From IMG/VR virus record IMGVR_UViG_3300038336_000025: 64,000 bases of DNA; one strand, given 5' to 3'. Below the pieces are notes generated by a model that was not told the DNA's origin, ran no database searches, and worked only from the letters and a program-made list of their open reading frames with translations. Shown here piece by piece: positions 60,828 through 64,000 of the stretch. The DNA is from a virus. The position numbers were made by a program, and so were the translations under genes. The stretch's first letter is position 1. Every line of letters starts with the position of its first letter.

Positions 60828-61202
60828 TTATTTAGGAATTGGAATACCAAAAAAATAAGCAAATATCATGATAACCAGAACAACAATACCTTTAATTATA
60901 TCTGGTTTGACACCGAGTACCAATGAGCTTGTTTCATTTGTTTCTTTATTTTTATCTTCTATTAATTTATGGGAGATGCAGTTATTTTTTATACCATTTA
61001 CGCTTACTGAAAGACTTTCAAGGGTCTTGTTTAAATTATCGAATTCTTTGGAATTCATATCTTTTATGTCTTTTACTTTTTCAACAAGGTTGCTGATAAC
61101 AACTTTCTGCTCAGCTTGTGTTTCTATCATCTTTACAAACTGTTCATCAAACCGAAAGTTATTTTTTTGTTGTTCGTCGTTGTAGCCCATATTATCACTC
61201 AC
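60828..61202 (-). CDS. Coiled-coil protein with C-terminal TM anchor (124 aa)
   Basis: ORF track; C-terminus GIVVLVIMIFAYFFGIPI. Confidence 0.6.
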   Translation of the reverse strand: MSDNMGYNDEQQKNNFRFDEQFVKMIETQAEQKVVISNLVEKVKDIKDMNSKEFDNLNKTLESLSVSVNGIKNNCISHKLIEDKNKETNETSSLVLGVKPDIIKGIVVLVIMIFAYFFGIPIPK

Positions 61203-61786
61203 TTTCTAAAAGAACTTTTAATTTTTTCAACAACGTTTATTATAAATGCGTACAACTTCGAATACCAAGGATTTGAATCCGTGTGTTCACCAACACCTAT
61301 TGTATAAACACATTGTGGTGTGGCGTTTATTAACATATCTTCAAATTCTGAGAATGAAAATTTACGTAAAGTACCATCACCCCACCAAACAATTACATGT
61401 CTTGATTTTATCTGAATGCTGTGCAGAATACACCAATGTTGTTTTAATAACCCAAACAAGCTTTTAATGAGTTTTGGTAAATTTGGAGTATCATGGACTA
61501 ATATAATCGTTCTATTATTTGGCAGTTTACCTGAAAAAAGTTGTTCTTTGATTGGCTTAATAAGATTATAGTTTAGATTAAATTCAGGGTAAGCTTTTGC
61601 ATATTCATTTATAACACGTTCATGTTCAGCAGGATTATCATCTAAATCATTGTCATCATATTCCATAATCGTTTTAAGGTGGTTATAGACTTCATCATAT
61701 GGTTTACCAAGAATATCCGCAACAACCCACGCCATCGCGGTTAATCCACAATCTTTTTTGGTTTTCATTAATGGAGCTGTTTGCAT
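61199..61786 (-). CDS. Possible papain-like/C39-type cysteine peptidase
   Basis: DCGLTAMAWV (Cys) and QHWCILHS (His) in the expected order; weak. Confidence 0.6.
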   Translation of the reverse strand: MQTAPLMKTKKDCGLTAMAWVVADILGKPYDEVYNHLKTIMEYDDNDLDDNPAEHERVINEYAKAYPEFNLNYNLIKPIKEQLFSGKLPNNRTIILVHDTPNLPKLIKSLFGLLKQHWCILHSIQIKSRHVIVWWGDGTLRKFSFSEFEDMLINATPQCVYTIGVGEHTDSNPWYSKLYAFIINVVEKIKSSFRK

Positions 61787-61797
61787 AACATTCGCCT

Positions 61798-61859
61798 AAA
61801 ATAATTGATTTACCCACATCTTTCATTATACATGAAATTGCAGGTAAATCAATTATTTT
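61798..61859. repeat. 17-bp inverted repeat with 28-nt loop, intergenic
   Basis: AAAATAATTGATTTACC / GGTAAATCAATTATTTT; the loop carries TATAAT on the minus strand. Confidence 0.85.
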
Positions 61860-61889
61860 TTCTGTTTAAATGAAGTTTCTGGAAATGTA

Positions 61890-62909
61890 TTATTCTTTGT
61901 CTTTGTTGTTCTTTTTCAGATTCTTTTCAAAGGATTCCAGCTTATCAACCGCATTTACTTCAAGAAATTTCCTGATAACAGTTGTTGGATCGTACTTCAT
62001 ACATTTACCACCGACTACACAACGCCACGGCTGACCGTTTCCACCAAAGTCAAACATGAATGTGTTCGGCCTATTGCAATGAATTGATGTACAAAGGTCT
62101 TGCTGTGACAGGTTCTTATTGGTTGTGTAACCAAGCGTTTTCGGGTCAGTACCGCCCCAGAGAACGATTGCATCACGTTTACCAAGAGCAGCCCAAGCAT
62201 GTTGTGCAAATGAATCAATGAATATACCAAATTCACATTCTGCCAGAAGTGCGAAGATATAACGAGGATTCATTGGTTCTTTGTCAGACAGTTTGTAACA
62301 GTTCTGCAAGTCTGGTTCAGTTGGCAAACCAATATGAACTACTGCGAAACCAAGTTCTGTCAGATGATTAACAATCGCCTGTGCAGCTTCTTTCTTGAGT
62401 TCCCTGTAGTGCTGTGGCCTTACCGGGTTCTGAGCTTCCTGTGGTGAGTAATACGAAGTACCACCGAATGGCTGAAAGGCTACAAGCGGTCTGTCAACTT
62501 TCCACTGAAGTTTAATCTGTTTTGCAACAGCTTTTTCTTCATCAGAGAGTTCAATGATACCAGATAGAGAGCTTGGAGCCTGAATACCAAGCATTTTGCA
62601 CCATGATTCAATCAGGTGAAGGTTGCCTTTGCGGTAATCAATGTCTGTGTAAGGTTCAGCTTCAAGAACAGCATAATCCTTGTGGTCTTCATAGAAGTGA
62701 GGAACTACATTAAGCATGTATGTTCTGTCAATGAATTCCAGATTGGTAAATGCTTCTGGATAACTGGTCATCGCATGGATAACTGCTTTTGGTTTCTGTG
62801 AACGAAGGGCTTTCAATACGGCGGTTGCCATAATCTGTTTACCAAGACCACCACCAGAACGCCAGTTAATGTATTCGATTTCGGGGAAATCTTTTTTAGC
62901 CTTTGTCAT
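61890..62909 (-). CDS. Glycosyltransferase family 9 (heptosyltransferase)-like protein
   Basis: N-terminus SGGGLGKQIMATAVLKALRSQKPKAVIH resembles the GT9 pattern; size fits. Confidence 0.6.
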   Translation of the reverse strand: MTKAKKDFPEIEYINWRSGGGLGKQIMATAVLKALRSQKPKAVIHAMTSYPEAFTNLEFIDRTYMLNVVPHFYEDHKDYAVLEAEPYTDIDYRKGNLHLIESWCKMLGIQAPSSLSGIIELSDEEKAVAKQIKLQWKVDRPLVAFQPFGGTSYYSPQEAQNPVRPQHYRELKKEAAQAIVNHLTELGFAVVHIGLPTEPDLQNCYKLSDKEPMNPRYIFALLAECEFGIFIDSFAQHAWAALGKRDAIVLWGGTDPKTLGYTTNKNLSQQDLCTSIHCNRPNTFMFDFGGNGQPWRCVVGGKCMKYDPTTVIRKFLEVNAVDKLESFEKNLKKNNKDKE

Positions 62910-63088
62910 ATATCAATCTTCACTCCATATTTGTTTAAAATAGCTTCAGCAGCTTCTTGAAGCGGTTTCATTTCAGATTTTGTAAGTTTACCAACGATAT
63001 CATGAAAACCATTCTCAACACAATACAAAGTTAATGCGTCGAAAATAGCATCTGCAATATCTTCACGCTTAACAGTGATGTCATGCAT
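62906..63088 (-). CDS. Hypothetical protein (60 aa); internal start of the track ORF
   Basis: The first 91 codons of track ORF 62906-63361 overlap 63081-63416 out of frame; ATG 63088 overlaps that gene's stop. Confidence 0.5.
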   Translation of the reverse strand: MHDITVKREDIADAIFDALTLYCVENGFHDIVGKLTKSEMKPLQEAAEAILNKYGVKIDI

Positions 63089-63416
63089 TTTGGAATATTG
63101 GTTCTGTTGCTTGAAGAACAGCTTCAATCGCGGCAACCATACCAGCACCAGATAACGTGTCAACAGCAGCGTCAACATCTGCTTTCTTAACGCTGAATGA
63201 ACGATTGAGAACCATACTTCGCTCAAGATCATGGTACTCGTTCTTTTCAAGTTTTGCTTTGTATGCATTATATGCATATTCATCGGCGAAACCAATGACT
63301 CTGACATCCATTTCGGCGCGGCGAACATCATAATTGAATGATTCAACAACAAATACAGCATTTGTGAATTCGTAGCTTAATGGACTATTTTCTCGTTTTA
63401 AAGTGCCTGTGAACAT
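63081..63416 (-). CDS. Hypothetical protein (111 aa)
   Basis: ORF track. Confidence 0.6.
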   Translation of the reverse strand: MFTGTLKRENSPLSYEFTNAVFVVESFNYDVRRAEMDVRVIGFADEYAYNAYKAKLEKNEYHDLERSMVLNRSFSVKKADVDAAVDTLSGAGMVAAIEAVLQATEPIFQNA

Positions 63417-63531
63417 TTTAACTCTCCATATGGTGAATTTTGTTACATTCTATCACACTTAATTCATTTCGACAACAAGAAGAAACGAAGCAAGAACTTT
63501 AGAATATCGTTTTGTGACATTGGTTAAATCC

Positions 63532-64000
63532 TTATAGAGTGTGATTATCTATTTCAAATACAAATGAGCCAACAATTTGACCAGCAAGATGATCATTCAA
63601 ATATCTCCACCCAAAATAAGCATTATCGAATGTACTAATTGGAATGATAAAGATATTATCAGCATCTGCAACCATTGTGCTATATGTTGTAGTATTTATT
63701 CCAATAAAAGAAACCGGTATGAAGGTTATAGGGTCTTCTAACATCCGCAATGTAGCATTTAAAACAAAAAGCGGGCACTTTAATATTTTTCCACTCGCTG
63801 ATAAGATATTCGCTTTTTTTGATGCCATTGAATATACATAAATCCGAGTATTATCAACGGTTGTATAGGGTGTCATTCCGTCACAATAATCCTGATGTGT
63901 TCGCGCTGAAAAACATGCAAATGTATTATTTGTCAATTTTCCATACAAAATTGTACCAAATGGATTAGAACCTGTGAATAATTGGAAAAATGTATCTCCG
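63532..64000 (-). CDS. Hypothetical protein, 5'-truncated by the window edge
   Basis: The frame stays open from 63948 to 64000 (…GDTFFQLFTGSNPFGTI-LYGKL…); the track start is only a TTG. Confidence 0.6.
   Translation of the reverse strand, partial: GDTFFQLFTGSNPFGTILYGKLTNNTFACFSARTHQDYCDGMTPYTTVDNTRIYVYSMASKKANILSASGKILKCPLFVLNATLRMLEDPITFIPVSFIGINTTTYSTMVADADNIFIIPISTFDNAYFGWRYLNDHLAGQIVGSFVFEIDNHTL

Noticed and set aside
1-64000. Prophage or temperate features (integrase, CI-like repressor, att sites)
   Set aside because: None were recognisable in this window. The element looks lytic, but the remainder of the genome was not seen.

Overview
AT-rich, tightly packed sequence that reads as the left ~64 kb of a virulent-type tailed dsDNA phage genome; no integrase or repressor module was seen. 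The SD sites, sigma70-type promoters, spanin-like ORFs and an ANDENYALAA-like tmRNA tag suggest a Gram-negative host, but this is inference. Layout: (1) 1-1430 is non-coding: a 12x perfect 10-bp tandem array at the window edge, TTATTCTA iterons, and a GTAC-rich leader. (2) 1.4-12.1 kb (+) is an early module of small genes in 11 mini transcription units. Each unit is preceded by the same composite cassette (terminator hairpin, TTTTCnTATGTA box, covarying hairpin, SD). This module includes a MoxR AAA+/vWA pair. (3) 12.1-43.6 kb (-) is the replication/recombination module: FEN, ATP ligase, a Rad50-like ATPase split around Mre11, RusA, two HNH endonucleases, gp32-like SSB, clamp, DnaB-like helicase, PolB carrying a LAGLIDADG intein inside YGD/TDS, clamp loader, RNase HI, SNF2 helicase and DNA methyltransferases. 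Embedded in it is an island of 8 tRNA genes plus a tmRNA, none with an encoded CCA end. (4) 43.6-44.5 kb is an ORF-free divergent region with a near-consensus extended -10 promoter and 11-12 bp long-range helices. It is a candidate large structured RNA and/or origin. (5) 44.5-57.5 kb (+) carries small ORFs, a CCA-adding enzyme, a TnpB-only operon with omega-RNA-like 3' hairpins abutting a ParB-like gene, and a DnaG-type primase bracketed by mosaic methyltransferase paralogs, one broken by an 8-nt insertion. (6) 57.6-64 kb (-) is a lysis region (holin-like, amidase, GH24 lysozyme, two almost fully overlapping spanin-like frames) interleaved with glycan-modifying enzyme genes. The highest-priority leads are the ORF-free structured region, the 11-fold early cassette, the TnpB operon, the tRNA/tmRNA/CCA kit, the mosaic methyltransferases and the dual-frame lysis ORFs. 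All calls come from reading the sequence and the ORF track. No database search was run.
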